Positions 62,550 through 64,000 of a stretch of 64,000 nucleotides of DNA are shown piece after piece. Every line of letters starts with the position of its first letter. Positions within the stretch are counted from its first letter, which is position 1. The notes under the pieces were generated by a model. It worked only from the letters and a program-made list of their open reading frames with translations. It was not told where the DNA came from and searched no databases. A program made the translations under genes and the position numbers. Origin of the DNA: Tubulanus polymorphus (taxonomy: Eukaryota > Animalia > Nemertea); NCBI RefSeq assembly GCF_964204645.1, contig NC_134029.1, positions 22,686,950 through 22,750,949 on the forward strand. The letters run 5' to 3'.

Positions 62550-64000
62550 ATGGAAACTCCGCCACACATGCTCAGTCGATCGCGATCCTGTAGTCCGGAT
62601 TCGTCTGGCTCGTCGCCGAGACCGACGAACGGCGAAGATTACCGAATATCCGCGAATCAAGGGGTTCTCGGCAACCAAGCGCAAGAAAACTGCGGCGGCA
62701 ACGAAAGCCGTCAGAACCACGTATCTACAGTCGTACTTCGTCGGGTTCCGATCGTCAGTCTTTTCATCGACGGAAAAGAACGACTGTGTCTGGCGCAAAT
62801 ATCCAATACGCTTCTTCGAGATTATAGCTATAATGAAATACACAATCGTCGCGTAGCGTTAGGCATCACTTGTATCCAGTGTACCCCTGTTCAACTGGAG
62901 ATATTACGGAGACAAGGTGCGATGCCCGTATCGTCCAGACGGTGCGGTATGATCACTAAACGCGAAGCCGAACGACTCGTTAAATCGTTCCTCGAAGAAA
63001 TCGCACCCCCGAAGTTACCGGAAAATTTTGCTTTCGACGTCATCCACACTTGCGGCTGGGGATGTCGCGGTTTCTTTCTGCCGTCTCGTTACAACAGCTC
63101 CAGGGCAAAATGCATCAAGTGTTACTACTGTAATATATTCTTTTCGCCGAACAAATTCATATTTCACTGTCACAGGATGCCGACATCGACATATCGACCT
63201 CCGGACGCGGCAAATTTCAATTCTTGGCGTCGACACATCGTACTTTCCGAAAAGGACGCTAGCGATGATTTGGCATACGCGTGGGAGGACGTGAAAGCGA
63301 TGTTTAATGGTGGAAGTCGTAAACGGGTGGTGAGCGGAGGAGGAACCGCGACAGAAATAACAACTACCAGATCTCCAGTAGATGACGAACAACCCGAGGA
63401 TAGTAAGCGACCCTGCCTGGAGACAGTTCCCGCATTACCACAACGTGCAACCTACCCGTATCACATCTTCCCGATGGCAAATCCAAGTTATGGTTTTTAT
63501 GGGAACTTTTTCCAACGACAACCATCATCACACCCAGCGTTTCCGTACTTAACGATGGAGCGTCAAAGTTTCGGTCACGCCGCCTCAGCAACATCTCCGT
63601 CATCACCACCGCAAGAGCGATGTAAGTTCAACATGGCAGATATACTTCGAGGTTCGACTGCTGCTGGTGTGTCGCCGTATTCGTTATTCTGGGAGAAAAA
63701 CTTCGAAAATCGCCAAATGAACTTTCCATATTCTCCGAAAGGCGACAAAAAGCAGTCGAAATATTTGGCTCACGCGAATTGGTCGAACGAATCGTCGGTG
63801 ACCTCGCAACATCGCGACAATAAAACAGAACTGATCAAAGACTTTTCTCTCAAAAATAGAAACCAACAACAAGCGCATAGATCGTCTGCATTTAAAGCCG
63901 TGACAAATTCCGATATTATAATTCAAACGCCGGGAAAACAACACGCATCTATCGTGAAATCATCAGAATCAAAGGATACACATGATAATCCGGGGTTACC
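62550..64000 (+). CDS. SKOR: SKI family transcriptional corepressor (SKOR1/2, CORL/fussel), 5' partial; frame open to the window end
   Basis: VPIVSLFIDGKERLCLAQISNTLLRDYSYNEIHNRRVALGITCIQCTPVQLEILRRQGAMPVSSRRCGMITKREAERL (Ski/Sno-DHD); PPKLPENFAFDVIHTCGWGCRGFFLPSRYNSSRAKCIKC..FSPNKFIFH..DAANFNSWRRH (SAND-like Smad-binding); WEDVKAMFNGGSRKR. Missing from the ORF track because it has no stop in the window. Confidence 0.95.
   Translation, partial: METPPHMLSRSRSCSPDSSGSSPRPTNGEDYRISANQGVLGNQAQENCGGNESRQNHVSTVVLRRVPIVSLFIDGKERLCLAQISNTLLRDYSYNEIHNRRVALGITCIQCTPVQLEILRRQGAMPVSSRRCGMITKREAERLVKSFLEEIAPPKLPENFAFDVIHTCGWGCRGFFLPSRYNSSRAKCIKCYYCNIFFSPNKFIFHCHRMPTSTYRPPDAANFNSWRRHIVLSEKDASDDLAYAWEDVKAMFNGGSRKRVVSGGGTATEITTTRSPVDDEQPEDSKRPCLETVPALPQRATYPYHIFPMANPSYGFYGNFFQRQPSSHPAFPYLTMERQSFGHAASATSPSSPPQERCKFNMADILRGSTAAGVSPYSLFWEKNFENRQMNFPYSPKGDKKQSKYLAHANWSNESSVTSQHRDNKTELIKDFSLKNRNQQQAHRSSAFKAVTNSDIIIQTPGKQHASIVKSSESKDTHDNPGL

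Overview
AT-rich, intron-dense animal genomic DNA (invertebrate-like; the taxon cannot be fixed from sequence alone). It is not prokaryotic: no rRNA, tRNA or CRISPR array is evident. Gene order: 3' end of an unidentified gene (+), PRCP (+, with two candidate signal-peptide first exons), a biliverdin reductase A-like gene (-), RASA1/p120GAP (-) head-to-head with TMEM184C (+), then a 14.85-kb TIR-bounded insertion (31291-46141), UBE3A (-) head-to-head with ANAPC11 (+), about 8 kb of non-coding DNA, and the start of a SKOR/CORL/fussel gene (+) running off the window. The most unusual feature is the insertion. It has 33-bp terminal inverted repeats beginning TTATGGAAGCCC and a TAAT target duplication, and I could find no transposase or recombinase in it. 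It is packed with decayed cargo: an amplified exon/intron array, a TRAF-like Zn-finger fragment, internal direct and inverted duplications, LINE debris and 28-41-bp P-like micro-elements. All gene models were spliced by eye and family assignments rest on remembered motifs; no database searches were run.
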